From Laetmonice hystrix (lineage: Eukaryota): a stretch of DNA of 64,000 nt. Position numbers and translations under genes: made by a program. The stretch spans positions 51,896,001 to 51,960,000 of the forward strand of contig OZ249436.1 of assembly GCA_965235115.1 (NCBI GenBank), given 5' to 3'. Under the pieces are notes generated by a model that saw only the letters and a list, made by a program, of their open reading frames with translations, searched no databases and had not been told where the DNA came from. Shown in pieces: positions 35,030 through 50,000 of the stretch (the stretch's first letter is position 1; every line of letters starts with the position of its first letter).

Positions 35030-38000
35030 AATGGCAAATGGCGTTGTACGCCTTTTCTATATCAGATATCCCATCCCCAAGTAACAAACAAAAAAGAAAG
35101 ATGACACAGAGATGTTGCAGGCAGAAAACACCAGGGTACAGTGATGGGGCGGCGGCCGCTGCGACTGCACTGTTACCTTCCGGCTAGCGGTGGAACCACC
35201 ACCTGGCCGGGCTGGCAGGCACCTGTGGCTCTGAGGCGAGAGACAGGTTAAAGCAATGATAAACAAAAAAAGCTACATTTTTAATACGTCCAATCGAAAC
35301 TACGCCCCCCATAAATATGATTCTTGGGCCAGATGTATGACTATCAAACGTATATGTCTCGTACGTTCGCTACAGATATATCTGGTTGTGATGTGTAGGC
35401 CAATGTACACTTCCCATTTGAGTATCTTTTCCAGATTTTAACATTAGATGCTCCTCGCCTGTATCTTTCTTTTTCCATAAAGTCACTGTAGTGTTTGCAT
35501 GGCTACTACGCCAGTCTGTAAGATGTAGGGACTTCTCACTCTACTGGTTGGCCTCCTACACTGCTTGGCCACACAGTGTACTGCTTTGGCCTCACTGTAG
35601 TGTTCGCTTGGCTGCTAGGCCGGCCAGTAGGCTATACCCTGTAGCGATTCCCCCTGTACTGTTTGGCCTCCCTGTACCGTTTGCTTGTATACAAGAGTAG
35701 CCAGTAGTATAGGGACGCCTCATGTTTCATGTTTCCATGCCTTTATTGTCCAGGAGGCAGGCCATACGTTTCGTCTATATCATCTACTCCAATCTAATCT
35801 GTGTCCCCTACAGACCATCTGTAAGCGTGCGATAACGTTGTCAGGTCGTCCTAATGACTGTTTGCCGTAAAGGTTTAGTTAACAATGGCAAATGACGTTT
35901 TACGCCTTTTCTATATCAGATATCCCATCCCCAAGTAACAAACAAACAAAGAAAGATGACACAGAGATGTTGCAGGCAGAAAACACCGGGTGCAGTGAAG
36001 GGGCGGCGGCCGCTGCGACTGCACTGCTACCTTCCGGCTAGCGGTGGAACCACCACCTGGCCGGGCTGGCAGGCACCTGTGGCTCTGAGGCGAGAGACAG
36101 GTTAAAGCAATGGTAAGCGAAAAAAGGCTACATTTTTGACACGTCCAATCGAAACTACGCCCCCCATAATTATGATTCTTAGGCCAGATGTATGACTATC
36201 AAACGTATAGGTCTCGTACGTTCGCTCCAGATATATCTGGTTGTGATGTGTAGGCCAATGTACACTTCCCATTTGAGTATCTTTTCCAGATTTTAACATT
36301 AAATGCTCCTCGCCTGTAGCTTTCTTTTTCCATAACCTCACTGTAGTGTTTGCATGGCTACTACGCCAGTCTGTAAGATGTAGGGACTTCTCACTCTACT
36401 GGTTGGCCTACTACACTGCTTGGCCCCACAGTGTACTGTTTGGCCTCACTGTAGTGTTCGCTTGGCTGCTAGGCCGGCCAGTATACCCTGTAGCGATTCC
36501 CCCTGTACTGTTTAGCCTCCCTGTACCGTTTGCTTGTATACAAGAGTAGCCAGTAGTATAGGGACGCCTCATGTTTCATGTTTCCATGCCTTTATTGTCC
36601 AGGAGGCAGGCCATACGTTTCGTCTATATCATGTACTCCAATCTAATCTGTGTCCCCTACAGACCATCTGTAAGCGTCCGACAACGTTGTCAGGTCGTCC
36701 CAATGACTGTTTGCCGTAAAGGTTTAGTTAACAATGGCAAACGACGTTTTACGCCTTTTCTATATCAGATATCCCATCCCCAAGTAACAAACAAACAAAG
36801 AAGGATGACACAGAGATGTTCCAGGCAGAAAACACCAGGGTGCAGTGAAGGGGCGGCGGCCGCTGCGACTGCACTGCTATACCTTCCGGCTAGCGGTGGA
36901 ACCACCACCTTGCCGGGCTGGCAGGCACCTGTGGCTCTGAGGCGAGAGACAGGTTAAAGCAATGGTAAGCGAAAAAAGGCTACATTTTTGATACGTCCAA
37001 TCGAAACTACGCCCCCATATTTATGATTCTTTGGCCAGATGTATGACTATCAAACGTATAGGTCTCGTACGTTCGCTACAGATATATCTGGTTGTGATGT
37101 GTAGGCCAATGTACACTTCCCATTTGAGTATCTTTTCCAGATTTTAACATTAGATGCTCCTCGCCTGTAGCTTTCTTTTTCCACAACCTCACTGTAGTGT
37201 TTGCATGGCTACTACGCCAGTCTGTAAGATGTAGGGACTTCTCACTCTACCGGTTGGCCTCCTACACTGCTTGGCCCCACAGTGTACTGTTTCGCCTCAG
37301 TGTAGTGTTCGCTTGGCTGCTAAGCCGGCCAGTATACCCTGTAGCGATTCCCCCTGTACTGTTTGGCCTCCCTGTACCGTTTGCTTGTATACAAGAGTAG
37401 CCAGTAGTATAGGGACGCCTCATGTTTCATGTTTCCATGCCTTTATTGTCCAGGAGGCAAGCCATACGTTTCATCTATATCATCTACTCCAATCTAATCT
37501 GTGTCCCCTACAGACCATCTGTAAGCGTCCGACAACGTTGTCAGGTCGTCCCAATGACTGTTTGCCGTAAAGGTTTAGTTAACAATGGCAAATGACGTTT
37601 TACGCCTTTTCTATATCAGATATCCCATCCCCAAGTAATAAACAAACAAAGAAAGATGACACAGAGATGTTGTAGGTAGAAAACACCAGGGTGCAGTGAA
37701 GGGGCGGCGGCCGCTGCGACTGCACTGCTACCTTCCGGCTAGCGGTGGAACCACCACCTGGCCGGGCTGGCAGGCACCTGTGGCTCTGAGGCGAGAGACA
37801 GGTTAAAGCAATGGTAAGCGAAAAAAGGCTACATTTTTGACACGTCCAATCGAAACTACGCCCCCCATAATTATGATTCTTAGGCCAGATGTATGACTAT
37901 CAAACGTATAGGTCTCGTACGTTCGCTACAGATATATCTGGTTGTGATGTGTAGGCCAGTGTACACTTCCCATTTGAGTATCTTTTCCAGATTTTAACAT

Positions 38001-41000
38001 TAGATGCTCCTCGCCTGTAGCTTTCTTTTTCCACAACCTCACTTTAGTGTTTGCATGGCTACTACGCCAGTCTGTAAGATGTAGGGACTTCTCACTCTAC
38101 TGGTTGGCCTCCTACACTGCTTGGCCCCACAGTGTACTGTTTGGCCTAACTGTAGTGTTCGCTTGGCTGTTGGGCCGGCCAGTATACCCTGTAGCGATTC
38201 CCCCTGTACTGTTTGGCCTCCCTGTACCGTTTGCTTGTATACAAGAGTAGCCAGTAGTATAGGGACGCCTCATGTTTCATGTTTCCATGCCTTTATTGTC
38301 CAGAAGGCAGGCCATACGTTTCGTCTATATAATCCACTCCAATCTAATCTGTGTCCCCTACAGACCATCTGTAAGCGTCCGACAACGTTGTCAGGTCGTC
38401 CCAATGACTGTTTGCCGTAAAGGTTTAGTTAAACAATGGCAAATGACGTTTTACGCCTTTTCTATATCAGATATCCCATCTCCAAGTAACAAACAAACAA
38501 AGAAGGATGACACAGAGATGTTCCAGCAGAAAACACCAGGGTGCAGTGAAGGGGCGGCGGCCGCTGCGACTGCACTGCTACCTTCCGGCTAGCGGTGGAA
38601 CCACCACCTTGCCGGGCTGGCAGGCACCTGTGGCTCTGAGGCGAGAGACAGGTTAAAGCAATGATAAGCGAAAAAGGCTACATTTTTGATACGTCCAATC
38701 GAAACTACGCCCCCCATAATTATGATTCTTAGGCCAGATGTATGACTATCAAACGTATAGGTCTCGTACGTTCGCTACAGATATATCTGGTTGTGATGTG
38801 TAGGCCAATGTACACTTCCCATTTGAGTATCTTTTCCAGATTTTAACATTTTTTTTTTTCAGTTCTTTATTTATCCTGGCGATCGTCGTCCAATAAGACG
38901 GTTTTAATCCATCACCAGGTTCTCTTAGGTACAGGTTTTCACATAGTCAGGTATAACATTGAGTTAATGAACAATCAACATGGCATTAAAGTGATACATA
39001 CCTCCATAGAGGAGGACAAGTTAGTAGATTCAGATTACTCTCGACCGCTATTTGCTAAGTCTCTGTAGAGCATTAACTGTGTATTTCAATATCCATATAA
39101 ATACATATAGATACAAATAGAACATTAGATGCTCCTCGCCTGTAGCTTTCTTTTTCCATAACCTCACTGTAGTGTTTGCATGGATACTACGCCAGTCTGT
39201 AAGATGTAGGGACTTCTCACTCTACTGGTTGGCCTCCTACACTGCTTGGCCCCACAGTGTACTGTTTGGCCTCACTGTAGTGTTCGCTTGGCTGCTAGGC
39301 CGGCCAGTATACCCTGTAGCGATTCCCCCTGTACTGTTTAGCCTCCCTGTACCGTTTGCTTGTATACAAGAGTAGCCAGTAGTATAGGGACGCCTCATGT
39401 TTCATGTTTCCATGCCTTTATTGTCCAGGAGGCAAGCCATACGTTTCATCTATATCATCTACTCCAATCTAATCTGTGTCCCCTACAGACCATCTGTAAG
39501 CGTCCGACAACGTTGTCAGGTCGTCCCAATGACTGTTTGCCGTAAAGGTTTAGTTAACAATGGCAAACGACGTTTTACGCCTTTTCTATATCAGATATCC
39601 CATCCCCAAGTAACAAACAAACAAAGAAGGATGACACAGAGATGTTCCAGGCAGAAAACACCAGGGTGCAGTGAAGGGGCGGCGGCCGCTGCGACTGCAC
39701 TGCTATACCTTCCGGCTAGCGGTGGAACCACCACCTGGCCGGGCTGGCAGGCACCTGTGGCTCTGAGGCAAGAGACAGGTTAAAGCAATGGTAAGCGAAA
39801 AAAGGCTACATTTTTGATACGTCCAATCGAAACTACGCCCCCGTATTTATGATTCTTTGGCCAGATGTATGACTATCAAACGTATAGGTCTCGTACGTTC
39901 GCTACAGATATATCTGGTTGTGATGTGTAGGCCAATGTACACTTCCCATTTGAGTATCTTTTCCAGATTTTAACATTAGATGCTCCTCGCCTGTAGCTTT
40001 CTTTTTCCACAACCTCACTGTAGTGTTTGCATGGCTACTACGCCAGTCTGTAAGATGTAGGGACTTCTCACTCTACCGGTTGGCCTCCTACACTGCTTGG
40101 CCCCACAGTGTACTGTTTCGCCTCAGTGTAGTGTTCGCTTGACTGCTAAGCCGGCCAGTATACCCTGTAGCGATTCCCCCTGTACTGTTTGGCCTCCCTG
40201 TACCGTTTGCTTGTATACAAGAGTAGCCAGTAGTATAGGGACGCCTCATGTTTCATGTTTCCATGCCTTTATTGTCCAGGAGGCAGGCCATACGTTTCGT
40301 CTATATAATCCACTCCAATCTAATCTGTGTCCCCTACAGACCATCTGTAAGCGTCCGACAACGTTGTCAGGTCGTCCCAATGACTGTTTGCCGTAAAGGT
40401 TTAGTTAACAATGGCAAATGACGTTTTACGCCTTTTCTATATCAGATATCCTATCCCCAAGTAATAAACAAACAAAGAAGGATGACACAGAGATGTTCCT
40501 GGCAGAAAACACCAGGGTGCAGTGAAGGGGCGGCGGCCGCTGCGACTGCACTGTTACTTTCCGGCTAGCGGTGGAACCACCACCTGGCCGGGCTGGCAGG
40601 CACCTGTGGCTCTGAGGCGAGAGACAGGTTAAAGCAATGGTAAGCGAAAAAAGGCTACATTTTTGACACGTCCAATCGAAACTACGCCCCCCATAATTAT
40701 GATTCTTAGGCCAGATGTATGACTATCAAACGTATAGGTCTCGTACGTTCGCTACAGATATATCTGGTTGTGATGTGTAGGCCAATGTACACTTCCCATT
40801 TGAGTATCTTTTCCAGATTTTAACATTAGATGCTCCTCGCCTGTAGCTTTCTTTTTCCACAACCTCACTTTAGTGTTTGCATGGCTACTACGCCAGTCTG
40901 TAAGATGTAGGGACTTCTCACTCTACTGGTTGGCCTCCTACACTGCTTGGCCCCACAGTGTACTGTTTGGCCTAACTGTAGTGTTCGCTTGGCTGTTGGG

Positions 41001-44000
41001 CCGGCCAGTATACCCTGTAGCGATTCCCCCTGTACTGTTTGGCCTCCCTGTACCGTTTGCTTGTATACAAGAGTAGCCAGTAGTATAGGGACGCCTCATG
41101 TTTCATGTTTCCATGCCTTTATTGTCCAGGAGGCAGGCCATACGTTTCGTCTATATAATCCACTCCAATCTAATCTGTGTCCCCTACAGACCATCTGTAA
41201 GCGTCCGACAACGTTGTCAGGTCGTCCCAATGACTGTTTGCCGTAAAGGTTTAGTTAAACAATGGCAAATGACGTTTTACGCCTTTTCTATATCAGATAT
41301 CCCATCTCCAAGTAACAAACAAACAAAGAAGGATGACACAGAGATGTTTCAGCAGAAAACACCAGGGTGCAGCGAAGGGGCGGCGGCCGCTGCGACTGCA
41401 CTGCTACCTTCCGGCTAGCGGTGGAACCACCACCTTGCCGGGCTGGCAGGCACCTGTGGCTCTGAGGCGAGAGACAGGTTAAAGCAATGATAAGCGAAAA
41501 AAGGCTACATTTTTGATACGTCCAATCGAAACTACGCCCCCCATAATTATGATTCTTAGGCCAGATGTATGACTATCAAACGTATAGGTCTCGTACGTTC
41601 GCTACAGATATATCTGGTTGTGATGTGTAGGCCAATGTACACTTCCCATTTGAGTATCTTTTCCAGATTTTAACATTAGATGCTCCTCGCCTGTAGCTTT
41701 CTTTTTCCACAACCTCACTTTAGTGTTTGCATGGCTACTACGCCAGTCTGTAAGATGTAGGGACTTCTCACTCTACTGGTTGGCCTCCTACACTGCTTGG
41801 CCCCACAGTGTACTGTTTGGCCTAACTGTAGTGTTCGCTTGGCTGTTGGGCCGGCCAGTATACCCTGTAGCGATTCCCCCTGTACTGTTTGGCCTCCCTG
41901 TACCGTTTGCTTGTATACAAGAGTAGCCAGTAGTATAGGGACGCCTCATGTTTCATGTTTCCATGCCTTTATTGTCCAGGAGGCAGGCCATACGTTTCGT
42001 CTATATAATCCACTCCAATCTAATCTGTGTCCCCTACAGACCATCTGTAAGCGTCCGACAACGTTGTCAGGTCGTCCCAATGACTGTTTGCCGTAAAGGT
42101 TTAGTTAAACAATGGCAAATGACGTTTTACGCCTTTTCTATATCAGATATCCCATCCCCAAGTAATAAACAAACAAAGAAAGATGACACAGAGATGTTGC
42201 AGGCAGAAAACACCAGGGTGCAGTGAAGGGGCGGCGGCCGCTGCGACTGCACTGCTACCTTCCGGCTAGCGGTGGAACCACCACCTGGCCGGGCTGGCAG
42301 GCACCTGTGGCTCTGAGGCGAGAGACAGGTTAAAGCAATGGTAAGCGAAAAAAGGCTACATTTTTGACACGTCCAATCGAAACTACGCCCCCAATAATTA
42401 TGATTCTTAGGCCAGATGTATGACTATCAAACGTATAGGTCTCGTACGTTCGCTACAGATATATCTGGTTGTGATGTGTAGGCCAATGTACACTTCCCAT
42501 TTGAGTATCTTTTCCAGATTTTAACATTAGATGCTCCTCGCCTGTAGCTTTCTTTTTCCACAACCTCACTTTAGTGTTTGCATGGCTACTACGCCAGTCT
42601 GTAAGATGTAGGGACTTCTCACTCTACTGGTTCGCCTCCTACACTGCTTGGCCCCACAGTGTACTGTTTGGCCTAACTGTAGTGTTCGCTTGGCTGTTGG
42701 GCCGGCCAGTATACCCTGTAGCGATTCCCCCTGTACTGTTTGGCCTCCCTGTACCGTTTGCTTGGATACAAGAGTAGCCAGTAGTATAGGGACGCCTCAT
42801 GTTTCATGTTTCCATGCCTTTATTGTCCAGGAGGCAAGCCATACGTTTCATCTATATCATCTACTCCAATCTAATCTGTGTCCCCTACAGACCATCTGTA
42901 AGCGTCCGACAACGTTGTCAGGTCGTCCCAATGACTGTTTGCCGTAAAGGTTTAGTTAACAATGGCAAATGACGTTTTACGCCTTTTCTATATCAGATAT
43001 CCTATCCCCAAGTAATAAACAAACAAAGAAGGATGACACAGAGATGTTCCTGGCAGAAAACACCAGGGTGCAGTGAAGGGGCGGCGGCCGCTGCGACTGC
43101 ACTGTTACTTTCCGGCTAGCGGTGGAACCACCACCTGGCCGGGCTGGCAGGCACCTGTGGCTCTGAGGCGAGAGACAGGTTAAAGCAATGGTAAGCGAAA
43201 AAAGGCTACATTTTTGACACGTCCAATCGAAACTACGCCCCCCATAATTATGATTCTTAGGCCAGATGTATGACTATCAAACGTATAGGTCTCGTACGTT
43301 CGCTACAGATATATCTGGTTGTGATGTGTAGGCCAATGTACACTTCCCATTTGAGTATCTTTTCCAGATTTTAACATTAGATGCTCCTCGCCTGTAGCTT
43401 TCTTTTTCCACAACCTCACTTTAGTGTTTGCATGGCTACTACGCCAGTCTGTAAGATGTAGGGACTTCTCACTCTACTGGTTGGCCTCCTACACTGCTTG
43501 GCCCCACAGTGTACTGTTTGGCCTAACTGTAGTGTTCGCTTGGCTGTTGGGCCGGCCAGTATACCCTGTAGCGATTCCCCCTGTACTGTTTGGCCTCCCT
43601 GTACCGTTTGCTTGTATACAAGAGTAGCCAGTAGTATAGGGACGCCTCATGTTTCATGTTTCCATGCCTTTATTGTCCAGGAGGCAAGCCATACGTTTCG
43701 TCTATATAATCCACTCCAATCTAATCTGTGTCCCCTACAGACCATCTGTAAGCGTCCGACAACGTTGTCAGGTCGTCCCAATGACTGTTTGCCGTAAAGG
43801 TTTAGTTAAACAATGGCAAATGACGTTTTACGCCTTTTCTATATCAGATATCCCATCCCCAAGTAATAAACAAACAAAGAAAGATGACACAGAGATGTTG
43901 CAGGCAGAAAACACCAGGGTGCAGTGAAGGGGCGGCGGCCGCTGCGACTGCACTGCTACCTTCCGGCTAGCGGTGGAACCACCACCTGGCCGGGCTGGCA

Positions 44001-47000
44001 GGCACCTGTGGCTCTGAGGCGAGAGACAGGTTAAAGCAATGGTAAGCGAAAAAAGGCTACATTTTTGACACGTCCAATCGAAACTACGCCCCCCATAATT
44101 ATGATTCTTAGGCCAGATGTATGACTATCAAACGTATAGGTCTCGTACGTTCGCTACAGATATATCTGGTTGTGATGTGTAGGCCAATGTACACTTCCCA
44201 TTTGAGTATCTTTTCCAGATTTTAACATTAGATGCTCCTCGCCTGTAGCTTTCTTTTTCCACAACCTCACTTTAGTGTTTGCATGGCTACTACGCCAGTC
44301 TGTAAGATGTAGGGACTTCTCACTCTACTGGTTCGCCTCCTACACTGCTTGGCCCCACAGTGTACTGTTTGGCCTAACTGTAGTGTTCGCTTGGCTGTTG
44401 GGCCGGCCAGTATACCCTGTAGCGATTCCCCCTGTACTGTTTGGCCTCCCTGTACCGTTTGCTTGGATACAAGAGTAGCCAGTAGTATAGGGACGCCTCA
44501 TGTTTCATGTTTCCATGCCTTTATTGTCCAGGAGGCAGGCCATACGTTTCGTCTATATAATCCACTCCAATCTAATCTGTGTCCCCTACAGACCATCTGT
44601 AAGCGTCCGACAACGTTGTCAGGTCGTCCCAATGACTGTTTGCCGTAAAGGTTTAGTTAAACAATGGCAAATGACGTTTTACGCCTTTTCTATATCAGAT
44701 ATCCCATCTCCAAGTAACAAACAAACAAAGAAGGATGACACAGAGATGTTCCAGCAGAAAACACCAGGGTGCAGTGAAGGGGCGGCGGCCGCTGCGACTG
44801 CACTGCTACCTTCCGGCTAGCGGTGGAACCACCACCTTGCCGGGCTGGCAGGCACCTGTGGCTCTGAGGCGAGAGACAGGTTAAAGCAATGATAAGCGAA
44901 AAAAGGCTACATTTTTGATACGTCCAATCGAAACTGCGCCCCCCATAATTATGATTCTTAGGCCAGATGTATGACTATCAAACGTATAGGTCTCGTACGT
45001 TCGCTACAGATATATCTGGTTGTGATGTGTAGGCCAATGTACACTTCCCATTTGAGTATCTTTTCCAGATTTTAACATTAGATGCTCCTCGCCTGTAGTT
45101 TTCTTTTTCCACAACCTCACTTTAGTGTTTGCATGGCTACTACGCCAGTCTGTAAGATGTAGGGACTTCTCACTCTACTGGTTGGCCTCCTACACTGCTT
45201 GGCCCCACAGTGTACTGTTTGGCCTAACTGTAGTGTTCGCTTGGCTGTTGGGCCGGCCAGTATACCCTGTAGCGATTCCCCCTGTACTGTTTGGCCTCCT
45301 TGTACCGTTTGCTTGTATACAAGAGTAGCCAGTAGTATAGGGACGCCTCATGTTTCATGTTTCCATGCCTTTATTGTCCAGGAGGCAGGCCATACGTTTC
45401 GTCTATATAATCCACTCCAATCTAATCTGTGTCCCCTACAGACCATCTGTAAGCGTCCGACAACGTTGTCAGGTCGTCCCAATGACTGTTTGCCGTAAAG
45501 GTTTAGTTAACAATGGCAAACGACGTTTTACGCCTATTCTATATCAGATATCCCATCCCCAAGTAACAAACAAACAAAGAAGGATGACACAGAGATGTTC
45601 CTGGCAGAAAACACCAGGGTGCAGTGAAGGGGCGGCGGCCGCTGCGACTGCACTGCTATACCTTCCGGCTAGCGGTGGAACCACCACCTGGCCGGGCTGG
45701 CAGGCACCTGTGGCTCTGAGGCGAGAGACAGGTTAAAGCAATGGTAAGCGAAAAAAGGCTACATTTTTGACACGTCCAATCGAAACTACGCCCCCCATAA
45801 TTATGATTCTTAGGCCAGATGTATGACTATCAAACGTATAGGTCTCGTACGTTCGCTACAGATATATCTGGTTGTGATGTGTAGGCCAATGTACACTTCC
45901 CATTTGAGTATCTTTTCCAGATTTTAACATTAGATGCTCCTCGCCTGTAGCTTTCTTTTTCCACAACCTCACTTTAGTGTTTGCATGGCTACTACGCCAG
46001 GCTGTAAGATGTAGGGACTTCTCACTCTACTGGTTGGCCTCCTACACTGCTTGGCCCCACAGTGTACTGTTTCGCCTCAGTGTAGTGTTCGCTTGACTGC
46101 TAAGCCGGCCAGTATACCCTGTAGCGATTCCCCCTGTACTGTTTGGCCTCCCTGTACCGTTTGCTTGTATACAAGAGTAGCCAGTAGTATAGGGACGCCT
46201 CATGTTTCATGTTTCCATGCCTTTATTGTCCAGGAGGCAGGCCATACGTTTCGTCTATATCATCCACTCCAATCTAATCTGTGTCCCCTACAGACCATCT
46301 GTAAGCGTCCGACAACGTTGTCAGGTCGTCCCAATGACTGTTTGCCGTAAAGGGTTAGTTAACAATGGCAAACGACGTTTTACGCCTTTTCTATATCAGA
46401 TATCCCATCCCCAAGTAACAAACAAACAAAGAAGGATGACACAGAGATGTTCCTGGCAGAAAACACCAGGGTGCAGTGAAGGGGCGGCGGCCGCTGCGAC
46501 TGCACTGCTATACCTTCCGGCTAGCGGTGGAACCACCACCTGGCCGGGCTGGCAGGCACCTGTGGCTCTGAGGCGAGAGACAGGTTAAAGCAATGGTAAG
46601 CGAAAAAAGGCTACATTTTTGATACGTCCAATCGAAACTACGCCCCCATATTTATGATTCTTTGGCCAGATGTATGACTATCAAACGTATAGGTCTCGTA
46701 CGTTCGCTACAGATATATCTGGTTGTGATGTGTAGGCCAATGTACACTTCCCATTTGAGTATCTTTTCCAGATTTTAACATTAGATGCTCCTCGCCTGTA
46801 GCTTTCTTTTTCCACAACCTCACTGTAGTGTTTGCATGGCTACTACGCCAGTCTGTAAGATGTAGGGACTTCTCACTCTACCGGTTGGCCTCCTACACTG
46901 CTTGGCCCCACAGTGTACTGTTTCGCCTCAGTGTAGTGTTCGCTTGACTGCTAAGCCGGCCAGTATACCCTGTAGCGATTCCCCCTGTACTGTTTGGCCT

Positions 47001-50000
47001 CCCTGTACCGTTTGCTTGTATACAAGAGTAGCCAGTAGTATAGGGACGCCTCATGTTTCATGTTTCCATGCCTTTATTGTCCAGGAGGCAGGCCATACGT
47101 TTCGTCTATATAATCCACTCCAATCTAATCTGTGTCCCCTACAGACCATCTGTAAGCGTCCGACAACGTTGTCAGGTCGTCCCAATGACTGTTTGCCGTA
47201 AAGGTTTAGTTAACAATGGCAAATGACGTTTTACGCCTTTTCTATATCAGATATCCTATCCCCAAGTAATAAACAAACAAAGAAGGACGACACAGAGATG
47301 TTCCTGGCAGAAAACACCAGGGTGCAGTGAAGGGGCGGCGGCCGCTGCGACTGCACTGTTACTTTCCGGCTAGCGGTGGAACCACCACCTGGCCGGGCTG
47401 GCAGGCACCTGTGGCTCTGAGGCGAGAGACAGGTTAAAGCAATGGTAAGCGAAAAAAGGCTACATTTTTGATACGTCCAATCGAAACTACGCCCCCCATA
47501 ATTATGATTCTTAGGCCAGATGTATGACTATCAAACGTATAGGTCTCGTACGTTCGCTACAGATATATCTGGTTGTGATGTGTAGGCCAATGTACACTTC
47601 CCATTTGAGTATCTTTTCCAGATTTTAACATTAGATGCTCCTGGCCTGTAGCTTTCTTTTTCCACAACCTCACTTTAGTGTTTGCATGGCTACTACGCCA
47701 GTCTGTAAGATGTAGGGACTTCTCACTCTACTGGTTGGCCTCCTACACTGCTTGGCCCCACAGTGTACTGTTTGGCCTAACTGTAGTGTTCGCTTGGCTG
47801 TTGGGCCGGCCAGTATACCCTGTAGCGATTCCCCCTGTACTGTTTGGCCTCCCTGTACCGTTTGCTTGTATACAAGAGTAGCCAGTAGTATAGGGACGCC
47901 TCATGTTTCATGTTTCCATGCCTTTATTGTCCAGGAGGCAGGCCATACGTTTCGTCTATATAATCCACTCCAATCTAATCTGTGTCCCCTACAGACCATC
48001 TGTAAGCGTCCGACAACGTTGTCAGGTCGTCCCAATGACTGTTTGCCGTAAAGGTTTAGTTAAACAATGGCAAATGACGTTTTACGCCTTTTCTATATCA
48101 GATATCCCATCTCCAAGTAACAAACAAACAAAGAAGGATGACACAGAGATGTTTCAGCAGAAAACACCAGGGTGCAGCGAAGGGGCGGCGGCCGCTGCGA
48201 CTGCACTGCTACCTTCCGGCTAGCGGTGGAACCACCACCTTGCCGGGCTGGCAGGCACCTGTGGCTCTGAGGCGAGAGACAGGTTAAAGCAATGATAAGC
48301 GAAAAAAGGCTACATTTTTGATACGTCCAATCGAAACTACGCCCCCCATAATTATGATTCTTAGGCCAGATGTATGACTATCAAACGTATAGGTCTCGTA
48401 CGTTCGCTACAGATATATCTGGTTGTGATGTGTAGGCCAATGTACACTTCCCATTTGAGTATCTTTTCCAGATTTTAACATTAGATGCTCCTGGCCTGTA
48501 GCTTTCTTTTTCCACAACCTCACTTTAGTGTTTGCATGGCTACTACGCCAGTCTGTAAGATGTAGGGACTTCTCACTCTACTGGTTGGCCTCCTACACTG
48601 CTTGGCCCCACAGTGTACTGTTTGGCCTAACTGTAGTGTTCGCTTGGCTGTTGGGCCGGCCAGTATACCCTGTAGCGATTCCCCCTGTACTGTTTGGCCT
48701 CCCTGTACCGTTTGCTTGTATACAAGAGTAGCCAGTAGTATAGGGACGCCTCATGTTTCATGTTTCCATGCCTTTATTGTCCAGGAGGCAGGCCATACGT
48801 TTCGTCTATATAATCCACTCCAATCTAATCTGTGTCCCCTACAGACCATCTGTAAGCGTCCGACAACGTTGTCAGGTCGTCCCAATGACTGTTTGCCGTA
48901 AAGGTTTAGTTAAACAATGGCAAATGACGTTTTACGCCTTTTCTATATCAGATATCCCATCCCCAAGTAATAAACAAACAAAGAAAGATGACACAGAGAT
49001 GTTGCAGGCAGAAAACACCAGGGTGCAGTGAAGGGGCGGCGGCCGCTGCGACTGCACTGCTACCTTCCGGCTAGCGGTGGAACCACCACCTGGCCGGGCT
49101 GGCAGGCACCTGTGGCTCTGAGGCGAGAGACAGGTTAAAGCAATGGTAAGCGAAAAAAGGCTACATTTTTGACACGTCCAATCGAAACTACGCCCCCCAT
49201 AATTATGATTCTTAGGCCAGATGTATGACTATCAAACGTATAGGTCTCGTACGTTCGCTACAGATATATCTGGTTGTGATGTGTCGGCCAATGTACACTT
49301 CCCATTTGAGTATCTTTTCCAGATTTTAACATTAGATGCTCCTCGCCTGTAGCTTTCTTTTTCCACAACCTCACTTTAGTGTTTGCATGGCTACTACGCC
49401 AGTCTGTAAGATGTAGGGACTTCTCACTCTACTGGTTCGCCTCCTACACTGCTTGGCCCCACAGTGTACTGTTTGGCCTAACTGTAGTGTTCGCTTGGCT
49501 GTTGGGCCGGCCAGTATACCCTGTAGCGATTCCCCCTGTACTGTTTGGCCTCCCTGTACCGTTTGCTTGGATACAAGAGTAGCCAGTAGTATAGGGACGC
49601 CTCATGTTTCATGTTTCCATGCCTTTATTGTCCAGGAGGCAGGCCATACGTTTCGTCTATATAATCCACTCCAATCTAATCTGTGTCCCCTACAGACCAT
49701 CTGTAAGCGTCCGACAACGTTGTCAGGTCGTCCCAATGACTGTTTGCCGTAAAGGTTTAGTTAAACAATGGCAAATGACGTTTTACGCCTTTTCTATATC
49801 AGATATCCCATCTCCAAGTAACAAACAAACAAAGAAGGATGACACAGAGATGTTCCAGCAGAAAACACCAGGGTGCAGTGAAGGGGCGGCGGCCGCTGCG
49901 ACTGCACTGCTACCTTCCGGCTAGCGGTGGAACCACCACCTTGCCGGGCTGGCAGGCACCTGTGGCTCTGAGGCGAGAGACAGGTTAAAGCAATGATAAG

